64,000 bases of DNA from Salinispira sp. (GTDB lineage Bacteria; Spirochaetota; Spirochaetia; DSM-27196; Salinispiraceae), in NCBI GenBank assembly GCA_965602015.1, contig OZ271918.1:992001-1056000 (forward strand). The letters are read 5' to 3'. Under the pieces are notes generated by a model. It made no database searches and had not been told where the DNA came from. It worked only from the letters and a program-made list of their open reading frames with translations. Positions within the stretch are counted from its first letter, which is position 1; each line of letters begins with the position of its first letter. A program made the translations under genes and the position numbers. Positions 55,852 through 64,000 of the stretch are shown one piece after another.

Positions 55852-57850
55852 GTTCGGCTAACCGACCGCCGACCTCCAGCCAGAGCTCCTGCTCCCTGTC
55901 CCGCTTTTCCTCGAGGCTGCGAAGTTCATCCTGCATGGAGCTGATTCGCTGGCCATCGGTGTAGTTTTCCGGCAGCGACATTGCCTTCTGAAGCTCTCTA
56001 ATGGACTCCTCAAGCTCGTCAACCATATCCATGAGGCGCTCTTCTTCCTTTTGCAGCTTTTGAATCTCGCTTCGGCGCTTTTTCATTTCCTCATGGCTTA
56101 TGGCGTTGGCGCTTTTGTCCGCCGGCGATTCGCCCTCCGTTCGCTTTGATGCTGCAGAGCTGTTTGCGGCATGGTTAGCCGGGGAGGTTCCCGGTGAGGT
56201 TTCCGGGGTCCGGGAAGCATTGAGTTCCTTCCAGTGAAGGTAATAGTCGTAATTTCCCGGGATGTTGCTCACCGGCCGCCAGTTGCGGTTATCCCGGGGG
56301 ATCGCCAGTTCCACCACGCGGGTAGCCAGTTCGCGGATAAAAAACTCGTCGTGGCTCACGAAAAGGATGGTTCCCGAATACTGACGCAGGGCGTCGAGCA
56401 GGACCTCCTTGCTGCTGAGGTCCAGGTGATTCGTGGGCTCGTCGAGGATGAGCAGGTTGCTGGGTTCCAGAAGCATTTTTACCAGGGCGACCCGGCTTTT
56501 CTCACCTCCGCTGAGAACCGAAACCGATTTGTGGATATCATCGCCCCGAAAGAGGAAGGCTCCCAGGATATTTCTCAGTTCGGGAATCAGGGCAGTCGGT
56601 GCTGAAGACTCGATTTCCTCAATTATGCTGTTGCCCGGGTCGAGTTCGCCCTCGGACTCCTGGGCGAAGTAGGCGGGTGCAACTTGTGCTCCGCTGCGAA
56701 GCTCCCCGGCGAAATCATTGTCCCTTCCTGCCAGAACCCGCAACAGGGTAGATTTCCCGGCGCCGTTGGGCCCGAGGACAACGCATCGGTCTCCCCTGGA
56801 AAACTCCAGATCGAGATCCTTGAAAATATGAAGATCGCCGTAGGATTTTTCAAGGCCCGCGGCCTGCATCACCATATCTCCCGAGCGGGGGGCCTCGGGA
56901 AAGCGTATGTTAACTCTCTTGAGTCCTTCGGGGATTTCTATGGGCCGGATCTTTTCCAGCTGCTTTACCCGGCTCTGGACCTGGGCAGCCTTGCTTGCAT
57001 TGGACCGGAAACGCCGGATAAAATCTTCGAGCTGCCGGATTTCTTCCTGCTGCTGATCGTACTGCTTCACCAGCTGAATCATTTCTTCCTTTCTGCGCTG
57101 CTCGTAGCTGCTGTAGTTACCCTTCCATACCCGAAGCTGAGCCATGAACAGCTCTGCTACCTCGCTCACCGTGGAGTCCAGGAATCCCCGGTCGTGGCTG
57201 ACCATAAGCACTCCCCCGGGGAAGCGCTGGAGCTGATCGGAGAGCCATGCCCGGGCTTCCAGGTCGAGGTAGTTCGTCGGCTCATCCAGGAGCATCACGT
57301 CGGGTTGCTCCAAAAGCAGCTTCGCCAGAACGATGCGCATCTGCCAGCCCCCGGAAAATTCTCCGCAGCTTTTTTCTGCGTCCCGGGGAGCGAAGCCAAG
57401 ACCGTTCAACACCTCGCCGATGTACTGTTCTCTCTGGTAGTAACGGCTTGAGAGGATTCGTTCGCTGAGCAGGTGATGCTCCTCAAGAAGCGCCCGGGTT
57501 TCACTGTCTTCCCGGCTTTTTTTCTTGAGACGGGCGCCCAGGTCATCGAGTCTGGCCTCGTCTTCCTTGAAGTGGTCAAATGCGGTTTCCATCTCATCCC
57601 GCAGGCTGTGATTGCGGTGTTCAATGCCGGACTGCGGGAGGTATGAAACCCTGACTCCCGGTTTGGCCGAGACCCGGCCTCCCTCGGATTCCATAAGCCC
57701 CGCGAGTATCTTCATTAATGTGGTTTTTCCGCTCCCGTTGGCCCCGCTCAAGGCGATCCGGCCGCGAACCGGAATGCGAAGGCTGACCGATGCGAGGATC
57801 GGCCGGTCGCCGAAGGAGAGGGAAAGTTCGTCGGCCTGAAGCAGGAGCAT
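55835..57850 (-). CDS. ABC-F family ATPase (ribosome-associated, Uup/YheS-like)
   Basis: Two NBDs (GANGSGKT/FSGGW/LLDEPTN and GPNGAGKS/LSGGE/ILDEPTN); no TM segments; coiled-coil C-terminus. Confidence 0.93.
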   Translation of the reverse strand: MLLLQADELSLSFGDRPILASVSLRIPVRGRIALSGANGSGKTTLMKILAGLMESEGGRVSAKPGVRVSYLPQSGIEHRNHSLRDEMETAFDHFKEDEARLDDLGARLKKKSREDSETRALLEEHHLLSERILSSRYYQREQYIGEVLNGLGFAPRDAEKSCGEFSGGWQMRIVLAKLLLEQPDVMLLDEPTNYLDLEARAWLSDQLQRFPGGVLMVSHDRGFLDSTVSEVAELFMAQLRVWKGNYSSYEQRRKEEMIQLVKQYDQQQEEIRQLEDFIRRFRSNASKAAQVQSRVKQLEKIRPIEIPEGLKRVNIRFPEAPRSGDMVMQAAGLEKSYGDLHIFKDLDLEFSRGDRCVVLGPNGAGKSTLLRVLAGRDNDFAGELRSGAQVAPAYFAQESEGELDPGNSIIEEIESSAPTALIPELRNILGAFLFRGDDIHKSVSVLSGGEKSRVALVKMLLEPSNLLILDEPTNHLDLSSKEVLLDALRQYSGTILFVSHDEFFIRELATRVVELAIPRDNRNWRPVSNIPGNYDYYLHWKELNASRTPETSPGTSPANHAANSSAASKRTEGESPADKSANAISHEEMKKRRSEIQKLQKEEERLMDMVDELEESIRELQKAMSLPENYTDGQRISSMQDELRSLEEKRDREQELWLEVGGRLAELETQG

Positions 57851-57856
57851 GGAAAA

Positions 57857-59161
57857 CTACTCTTCGATGGTAAAAAAGATGACAAACGGACTGAGTGCCT
57901 GTCTGATCACCAGGTTTCGGTCGATATTCTGCGGCGGGATGTACTCAAGCTGCAGACCTCCGTTTGCAAATCGATAAAAGAAATTCATGCTATTTCTAAT
58001 GCTCTGTCCCGGCTGGGTCATGCTGACCGCACCGTCGTAGTTCGCCGAAACCTGCCGGCTCACGTAGAGGTTGAAGGAAAGCTGAGCCCTGCCGGTGAAC
58101 CAGGGGGGCAGCATGCTCTGATCCAGGCCTCCGTAACGGGACCAGGAGAGGCTGCCGTTTTCCGAGAGTTGAATACTGCCATAACTGCTGGACGCCAGGT
58201 TGCCGCCCCGGGAAACAAAGTCTTCCAGGACCCTTTGCCTCCGGCCCAGTTCATTTTCGATTATCAGCGAGACGTCCTGGTCGATGCGCACCAGGCTTTC
58301 CTGATAGGTGTCTCCGTCCAGATTGAACTGAATGGAAATGTTCCGCTCATTAAATGCGGAAATCTGCAGGCCCGACCCCGAGGCCACGTACTCCTTGAAT
58401 CGAGCCCTGAAAATTTCGTCATAACTAAAAACCTGGTTGTATTCTTCCGTCACTAATGTGAATGTCTGATTCTCTGCATCGTGGGCAAAAAAGTATTCGT
58501 CGCGAAATCTGCTCAAGTCGTAGGTGTTGTCCCTGATCATCCAACCAAAGTAATCGGGCCGCCAGCGGCCGTTGAGAATCGAGCTGAGATACACATCTTC
58601 CTCGGTTTCCTCTTTTTCTATGGAGACGCCCTGATTATCCACTACGTCCAGCCGGTACCCAAAAACGAACCCACGGGTGCCGTTTTCCGTAATTATCTCA
58701 AACCAGTAATCCGTCAAACCGCCGACTTCCACCACATCGTCGGTGCGGTCCAGGATTTTTACCCGCTCGCCTTCGCGCAGGCGGTAGAGTATGGTCGACG
58801 TGGGATCAGTCGCCATGAAGCGGCGCACCGGCAAAGCCTGTATTTCCGCCACGCCGAAATAGGGAGCCCATTCAGCGTATCCGTCAAATATTCTCTGTAA
58901 ATCTTCCCGGTCTTCACCTCTGAGAATCCGCCAGTTCTCCACTTCGATAAACTGTTCCCGGTCTTCGCTGTCTATGTATCTGATATTATAGCTCTGCCGC
59001 AATTCGGATTCTGTGAGGATATCGACGATGCTTCCCGATGGCAGGGGCTCTTCATCAGTCGACCATACCAGTACGCCCTGGTCGATGACCCGGGGACCGC
59101 AGGATATCAGAGTGAGCGATGTTGCCAAAATGGCCGACGCGAGCATATGTCGTTTCTTCAC
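57857..59161 (-). CDS. Lipoprotein with an SH3b-like domain
   Basis: Lipobox LISC; YRLREGERVKIL...WFEIITENGTRGFVFG. Confidence 0.75.
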   Translation of the reverse strand: MKKRHMLASAILATSLTLISCGPRVIDQGVLVWSTDEEPLPSGSIVDILTESELRQSYNIRYIDSEDREQFIEVENWRILRGEDREDLQRIFDGYAEWAPYFGVAEIQALPVRRFMATDPTSTILYRLREGERVKILDRTDDVVEVGGLTDYWFEIITENGTRGFVFGYRLDVVDNQGVSIEKEETEEDVYLSSILNGRWRPDYFGWMIRDNTYDLSRFRDEYFFAHDAENQTFTLVTEEYNQVFSYDEIFRARFKEYVASGSGLQISAFNERNISIQFNLDGDTYQESLVRIDQDVSLIIENELGRRQRVLEDFVSRGGNLASSSYGSIQLSENGSLSWSRYGGLDQSMLPPWFTGRAQLSFNLYVSRQVSANYDGAVSMTQPGQSIRNSMNFFYRFANGGLQLEYIPPQNIDRNLVIRQALSPFVIFFTIEE

Positions 59162-59250
59162 GGGAATCTCCTCAGGTTGCGCCGGTAAAGATGCGCATGT
59201 GGCTGATATGAGGAAATATCATGTTATGGGTTGATAATCAAGGGAAGGCT

Positions 59251-60111
59251 TTACCGGGAAGGGCCGATGATGAGTATTCGTCCTTCTCTCAAAAGCCGGC
59301 GGCCGTTCTCGCTGTGCAAAAGGACGTCGGCGTCCGCCCGGGGAATTTTTAGGTCCGCCGGTACAATGCCAAACAGTCCGGTGGCGATGATGCGATAAGG
59401 ATTGGTTCCGATGCGTTCGACGTGTTCCCTCTCGGAGAAATCCGATGAATAGACCGCGGTGCCCCAGCGCGAGGCGTATTCCGGGTCCATGCGGTTTCGA
59501 TTTACCAGGAGCCGCAGATTGTCATCGTAAATAACAGGAAAAATTGCCGGTTGGATATGGCTGAGGCTTCCGCCCTCGCCGTGCACCGGCAGGGGACGTG
59601 CCGCGTAAATGACGATCCCGGTGAAATCCGATCCGGGCTGCCAACCGAGAACTTCTTCCATGGGAAAGGCATTGTTGTGCCGCACCAGTACGCTGCTGAG
59701 GGTCGGGAAAATATCGAGTTCATAGCCCACCACGACGCTGTCCAACCCGGGCTCCGGGCGGACGAAGGTTTGGCGGGCTCCGGCGCTTATGGTTTCAAGG
59801 GTTCTTAGAAGCTGCCGGTCGCTGCGGACCAGGTCCTTCAGGCTGTTGGCCGAATCGGCTTGTAAACTCATCAGGGCGCCAAGCATGATGTCCCGAATTT
59901 CCCGATCAACATTTCTCTCGGCTTTGAACAGCGAGGCGGGGCGGTTGTAGGCGTCGGGAGCCGCTGCCTGGGTAATCTCCATGCGAATGACGCCTTCTTC
60001 CCAGTCTACCGCGCTACTGACGCTTTGGGAGTACAGGGCAGAAGACAGGAGCAGAAGAAACATGAGGGGGAGAGAAGCGGTTAATCTGTGACGCGGGGTA
60101 TGTGTTTTCAC
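59251..60111 (-). CDS. Hypothetical exported protein
   Basis: Signal peptide; FTGIVIYA, P.IFP.IYD, IGTNP motif; coupled to the upstream transglycosylase by a 4-nt overlap. Confidence 0.7.
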   Translation of the reverse strand: MKTHTPRHRLTASLPLMFLLLLSSALYSQSVSSAVDWEEGVIRMEITQAAAPDAYNRPASLFKAERNVDREIRDIMLGALMSLQADSANSLKDLVRSDRQLLRTLETISAGARQTFVRPEPGLDSVVVGYELDIFPTLSSVLVRHNNAFPMEEVLGWQPGSDFTGIVIYAARPLPVHGEGGSLSHIQPAIFPVIYDDNLRLLVNRNRMDPEYASRWGTAVYSSDFSEREHVERIGTNPYRIIATGLFGIVPADLKIPRADADVLLHSENGRRLLREGRILIIGPSR

Positions 60112-61289
60112 GGTCTGTTGCTATTATCGGCGGGCTGCGGGGGTATCCTGAGGTATTCGCCCACTTTGAGCGCATTGGATTCCCCCATGCGGTTTATACG
60201 GCGCAGGTCTTCAAGGTTCACCGCATAGCGTCGGCTGATACTCCACAATGTGTCCCCCGGCTCAACCATGTGCCTGGGCTCAGACGGCAACCCGAGGACC
60301 CGCAGCACGGCGCCGGCATAGCGCGCGGGATACTTTACATAATAGGGCCCGGACGGAATATAGCCCTCCAGGTATTCGGCGTTGCCCGCGACGAGCAGGC
60401 TCAAGGGAATGCCGCTGTCCTCTGCGAAGGCCTCCAGAGAGAGCCCGTTGCTCACCAGACGGCGTTCCCACTCGAAGGGCCTGGCCCAGCCGGTATCGAT
60501 CCCGAAACGTCCGGGATACATGGCAATGATGGAAGTAGCAATGTAACGGGGAAGGTAATTGGCCATTTCCTCGCTGATGGTGTTCGCCGCATTTCCGGTT
60601 TCAAGACTCCAGAAACTCCCACCATTCATGCTCCGGGTCATTCTTCCCAGGCCCCCGTTATACGCCCCCAGGGCGAAGACCCAACTGCCGGTGGTCCGAA
60701 AATTATGCTGCAGTTTCTCTATCGCCGCCCGGGTGCTGATCCAGAAATCGAATCTCTGGTCGTAGGCGATGCCGGTCTCGTTGGCCCTCATCCAGGGCTC
60801 CATTGAATTGTCGGCGAACTGCCACAAACCTCGCGCCCCGGTCCGGCTTTCGGCCCGTATACGAAAGGCGGATTCGATAAAGGCTACGGTGATGAGCTCC
60901 GTGGGAAGCCGGCGGCTCTGAAGCTCGCGGCTGATAAAATCCCGGTAGAGCGCTGCGCGCACATGGCTGCCGGTGTGGCCCCGGAGATAGGCGCTTTGAA
61001 GCTGCCGGGCAATCTCGTCTGAAACCCGTTCTTGGGCTATATCCGCCTGAGAAAATGTAGCGAAGAGCATGGGTCCCATATGGGTCTGCTGCGACGGTAA
61101 GGGGAGGGTTCCCGGGATTTTAATTGAATCGGAATTCCAGGAGGCCGACGGGTTTGACCTTCTGCCGCCGGCGGCCATGCCCTCGGAAGCCGTTATCGGC
61201 AGAGCGAGAACTATCAGGAAGAGAGTTAGTAAACTACGGATTCTATATATTGTTGCCAAAATAAATTCCTGCCCATTCCCAGTTACCAT
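60108..61289 (-). CDS. MltD-like lytic transglycosylase with a C-terminal LysM domain (start uncertain)
   Basis: IESAF, GARGLWQF, GAYNGG, NYLPRY; LysM VEPGDTLWSISRRY. Confidence 0.9.
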   Translation of the reverse strand: MVTGNGQEFILATIYRIRSLLTLFLIVLALPITASEGMAAGGRRSNPSASWNSDSIKIPGTLPLPSQQTHMGPMLFATFSQADIAQERVSDEIARQLQSAYLRGHTGSHVRAALYRDFISRELQSRRLPTELITVAFIESAFRIRAESRTGARGLWQFADNSMEPWMRANETGIAYDQRFDFWISTRAAIEKLQHNFRTTGSWVFALGAYNGGLGRMTRSMNGGSFWSLETGNAANTISEEMANYLPRYIATSIIAMYPGRFGIDTGWARPFEWERRLVSNGLSLEAFAEDSGIPLSLLVAGNAEYLEGYIPSGPYYVKYPARYAGAVLRVLGLPSEPRHMVEPGDTLWSISRRYAVNLEDLRRINRMGESNALKVGEYLRIPPQPADNSNRP

Positions 61290-62301
61290 GTATTTCAGGA
61301 TCGGCAGGATAATCGATTTTTCTAAAGTAAAAGTACCAGTTCCGCACCCGGTACCCCCAGCCCCAGGTGTGAAGCAGGGCCTCCCGGGAGTTCCGCATGG
61401 TGAGCTCGGGATTTATGTTGATATAGCGCGCCGCCAAAAGGAAGTTCTCTAATCTGAAGTTCTCCGGGCGGGCATTGAGGTCACTGGTTTCCTGGAACCA
61501 GCTCATTGCGAAGAAATTTTCCTTGGACCGGTGTCTCTCAAGAGCCGCCGGGGATTTCCAGCGCAGGGCGTTGGAAATGTTTGCCACCAAGGTTTCCAGA
61601 CTGGGCGATGTCCAGTCCTTCTCACGGTTGAAGTGGAAGGCGAGTTCCTCCAGCACATCCTGGTGGATATTGGGCCGGCCGGGCACCCTGGTGTTGGGAA
61701 ATGCCGTGAACTCCTGAAGGGCATCATAGTATGCGGCGTACAGTCCGTGGTTCCGGTATTCCTGCGCCAGATTGAACCAGGTCAGCCCCAGGTCAATATC
61801 GGCGGGGAAGCGTTCGATAAGCTGACGATATGCGGCGATGCGTTTGTCCGCCGAAGTGATTTGACCGAGCAGGCCGTTGAGCGCCATAAAATGGGAAGAG
61901 CGGGCCGCCACTATCACATCTGGGTAAGAAGTCAGCAGCCTCTGATAATAGTACTCGCTGAGTTCCGGGGCCGTTGCGGCGTAGTAATCTCCCAGGAGCA
62001 GAACGTAGTAGGCATTGTAGGGGTCATCAGAGTGGGATGAAGTGTACTGGTCGATAAATGAACGCAGATCATCAATGCCCCGCTGCTGGTAAATCCGGCG
62101 GATGGTCTTGTCTATCAAAACAAATCGGCTCGAGTAGTCCTGTTCTTCAAGGAGCCGTATTATATCAGTATTATATTCGCTCCCGAGGAAGCGGTACTCC
62201 TTGGGGACCGGATTCGTGAAGCAGGATGTCATGGCGATGATGCTCGTTAAAACCACTGTGAGCAATCGCCTTGCCTTGAAGGGTGTCCGGCGGTATTTCA
62301 T
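61243..62301 (-). CDS. TPR-like helical lipoprotein
   Basis: Lipobox MTSC after the ATG at 62301; helical repeats; aromatic C-terminal WEWAGIYFG. Confidence 0.72.
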   Translation of the reverse strand: MKYRRTPFKARRLLTVVLTSIIAMTSCFTNPVPKEYRFLGSEYNTDIIRLLEEQDYSSRFVLIDKTIRRIYQQRGIDDLRSFIDQYTSSHSDDPYNAYYVLLLGDYYAATAPELSEYYYQRLLTSYPDVIVAARSSHFMALNGLLGQITSADKRIAAYRQLIERFPADIDLGLTWFNLAQEYRNHGLYAAYYDALQEFTAFPNTRVPGRPNIHQDVLEELAFHFNREKDWTSPSLETLVANISNALRWKSPAALERHRSKENFFAMSWFQETSDLNARPENFRLENFLLAARYININPELTMRNSREALLHTWGWGYRVRNWYFYFRKIDYPADPEIHGNWEWAGIYFGNNI

Positions 62302-62307
62302 GGGGAG

Positions 62308-62337
62308 ATAGTAATCAATTTTGACCGACCGAAGCAA
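62308..62337 (-). promoter_or_regulatory. Promoter abutting the lipoprotein gene start
   Basis: TTGCTT-N18-TACTAT-N6-ATG(62301); no SD. Confidence 0.5.
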
Positions 62338-62341
62338 GAGA

Positions 62342-63193
62342 ATGAACAACCTGTTTGAGCAGCTATACAAACGGTACAACCGACTGGAATATCTCTCACC
62401 TGATCCCCTGATGCTGGTGCTGCAGTTCGAGGATCGGCGCGATCGGGAGGCGGCGGCGCTGATATCAGCCCTCTTTGCCCTGGGAAGGGTGGAGCTCATC
62501 CTCGATGTTTTGCGGCGGATTTTCGCTGTTTTACCCAGACCGGCCGATATGCTTGAGCGAAGCAGTCCCCAGGACCTTCGCCGTCTGTTGCCGGATATCT
62601 ACTACCGGTTTTTTTCAAGGGAGAGGATTATTGGACTGTTGTCTTCCATAGGGGGGGTGTACCGGCGTTACGGAAGCCTGGAAGCTGCGGCGGGCCGGCG
62701 AACCGAGGGAATCGGCAGCGATGTGGGGGCCCTTCACGCCATGGACAACCTGGGGCTTAGCCTTCGGGAGGCGCTCACCGAGGGTTCGGCCGACGCGCTT
62801 TTGGCCGGTATTGTGTTTCCCCGGGTGAACAAAGAAGCCTTCCACAGGGGCGGGGCGGCTAAGCGGCTTATGCTTTTCCTCCGCTGGATGGTGCGTAAAG
62901 ACAGCATCGATCCCGGCGGTTGGGAGCTGCTGCGGCCCCGTCAGCTCTTTTATCCCCTTGATACCCACATGATGGACATCAGCGGCGCACTGGGCGTCCG
63001 AAGCCGCAAAACCGCCGATATGGCTACGGTAATGGAAATTACCCGATGGTTTGCTTCGTTCGAACCCGATGATCCGGTACGCTACGATTTCTGTTTGACC
63101 CGCTTGGGCATTCACCCGGGCTTGTCAAAGAATGAGTTCATCAATACATTTAGCGCGGAAATGGAATCGATAGGTCATAAGGAGGGTTCATGA
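62342..63193 (+). CDS. TIGR02757/DUF2400 family protein (HhH-GPD-like)
   Basis: DP, D.E..ALI, KRL.LFLRWMVRKD..DPG.W, PLDTH, DPVRYDF; start at ATG 62342 or TTG 62321. Confidence 0.85.
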   Translation: MNNLFEQLYKRYNRLEYLSPDPLMLVLQFEDRRDREAAALISALFALGRVELILDVLRRIFAVLPRPADMLERSSPQDLRRLLPDIYYRFFSRERIIGLLSSIGGVYRRYGSLEAAAGRRTEGIGSDVGALHAMDNLGLSLREALTEGSADALLAGIVFPRVNKEAFHRGGAAKRLMLFLRWMVRKDSIDPGGWELLRPRQLFYPLDTHMMDISGALGVRSRKTADMATVMEITRWFASFEPDDPVRYDFCLTRLGIHPGLSKNEFINTFSAEMESIGHKEGS

Positions 63194-63693
63194 AAATTCC
63201 CGCAGCAGTGGAGAAGGCGGTAAACAAACAGATTCAGGAAGAGCTTGAGTCTGCGTATCTGTACCTGGCAATGGCGGCGTATTTTGAGGACGTGGATTTG
63301 CCGGGTTTTGCATCATGGATGAGGTCCCAATATCAAGAGGAACTCGCTCACGCGCACAAGTTTTTTGACTATCTCTTTGAACGGGAAGGCCGGGCTGTGG
63401 TGCCTTCAATCGCCGAACCCAAGAAGGATTGGGAGTCACCCCTCGCTGCCTTTGAAGCGGCTTACAAGCATGAACAGCACATAACTGCGTGCATTACCGA
63501 TCTGGTGCTGGTAGCCCGGAAAGAAGGCGACATTGCCAGTGAGAGCTTTCTCCAATGGTATGTAAACGAACAGGTGGAAGAAGAATCGACTGCCAAGTCG
63601 ATAATTAAGAAGCTGCAGATGGTCGATGATTCCAAGACCGGCCTTTATATGCTGGATAAGGAAATGTCTCAACGGGATTCTATTGCAGAATAG
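63190..63693 (+). CDS. ftnA: Non-heme ferritin
   Basis: ELESAYLYLAM, EELAHA, HEQHIT, WYVNEQVEEE ferroxidase residues. Confidence 0.93.
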   Translation: MKIPAAVEKAVNKQIQEELESAYLYLAMAAYFEDVDLPGFASWMRSQYQEELAHAHKFFDYLFEREGRAVVPSIAEPKKDWESPLAAFEAAYKHEQHITACITDLVLVARKEGDIASESFLQWYVNEQVEEESTAKSIIKKLQMVDDSKTGLYMLDKEMSQRDSIAE

Positions 63694-63763
63694 CCTCGAG
63701 ACTGTTATCTTTTAACTGCAAGTATGCTGAATTTCCATTCAAGCTTAAAAAAAGGAGCGCTCC

Positions 63764-63925
63764 ATGCAGAAATATGTATGTGAAGTGTGCGGTTACATTT
63801 ACGACCCCGCAGAAGGTGATCCGGACAACGGAGTTGCCGCCGGTACAGCTTTTGAGTCACTCCCGGAAGATTGGGTGTGCCCAATGTGCGGAGCCGGTGT
63901 GGAAGACTTTTCACCTGAAGAGTAA
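63764..63925 (+). CDS. Rubredoxin (53 aa)
   Basis: [53 protein letters not shown]; two CxxCG motifs; AAGGAG SD. Below the ORF-track cutoff. Confidence 0.96.
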   Translation: MQKYVCEVCGYIYDPAEGDPDNGVAAGTAFESLPEDWVCPMCGAGVEDFSPEE

Positions 63926-63933
63926 TTCTCAAT

Positions 63934-63962
63934 AAAGGGGGCTAAAAACCCCCTTTTTTTTT
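63934..63962 (+). terminator. Intrinsic terminator after rubredoxin
   Basis: aaaggggg-ctaaaaa-cccccttt followed by a long T run. Confidence 0.85.
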
Positions 63963-64000
63963 ATCTTTATGCTCCGCTCCAAACCTCTCCACAAGATTCT

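Noticed and set aside
59230..59241. ttgataatcaa palindrome as an FNR or Fur box
   Set aside because: The spacer is 1 nt rather than the 4 nt of FNR, and it is only a partial Fur match.
63200..63220. CAGTG near the ferritin start as a possible IRE for aconitase A
   Set aside because: No supporting stem or bulged C; it lies inside the coding sequence.
1..64000. CRISPR arrays, IS/transposases, integrases, prophage, rRNA/tRNA
   Set aside because: No regularly spaced repeats, terminal inverted repeats with a transposase, or RNA-gene signatures were seen by eye; a covariance-model scan could still find small RNAs.

Overview
64 kb of ordinary-looking bacterial chromosome, most likely from a free-living Spirochaetota member. 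This is inferred from the prfA-prmC-rel order, spirochaete-style lipoproteins and overall gene content. It holds about 60 CDS. Housekeeping genes include acnA, cysM, metZ-like, coaX, serS, proC, trmL, tpx, rel, prmC, prfA, xth, ferritin and rubredoxin. There are many efflux and envelope-stress genes: a heterodimeric ABC exporter, a third ABC exporter, MATE, AAC(3)-like, an AraC/GyrI cluster, an ECF sigma factor, and a YtrA-type GntR-SPFH-LolCDE-like operon. Several nucleotide-signalling enzymes also occur. I found no rRNA, tRNA, CRISPR array, transposase or prophage. Best leads: (1) an unannotated 33-codon leader ORF plus a C-rich/G-poor tract in front of the heterodimeric ABC exporter, a candidate ribosome/Rho attenuator; (2) a recurrent '-35/N17-18/-10/N6-8/start codon' layout with no Shine-Dalgarno in front of about 12 genes, suggesting widespread leaderless translation; (3) a roughly 1000-aa beta-propeller/Cache-like/MFS fusion broken by a TAA and a -1 shift at A_AAA_AAC; (4) an orphan Pycsar-effector-like (DUF5706) membrane protein and, 20 kb away, an atypical class III cyclase divergent from a 2H phosphoesterase; (5) a structured, terminator-bounded intergenic RNA candidate between cysM and acnA. 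All family calls come from motif recognition by eye; no searches were run.
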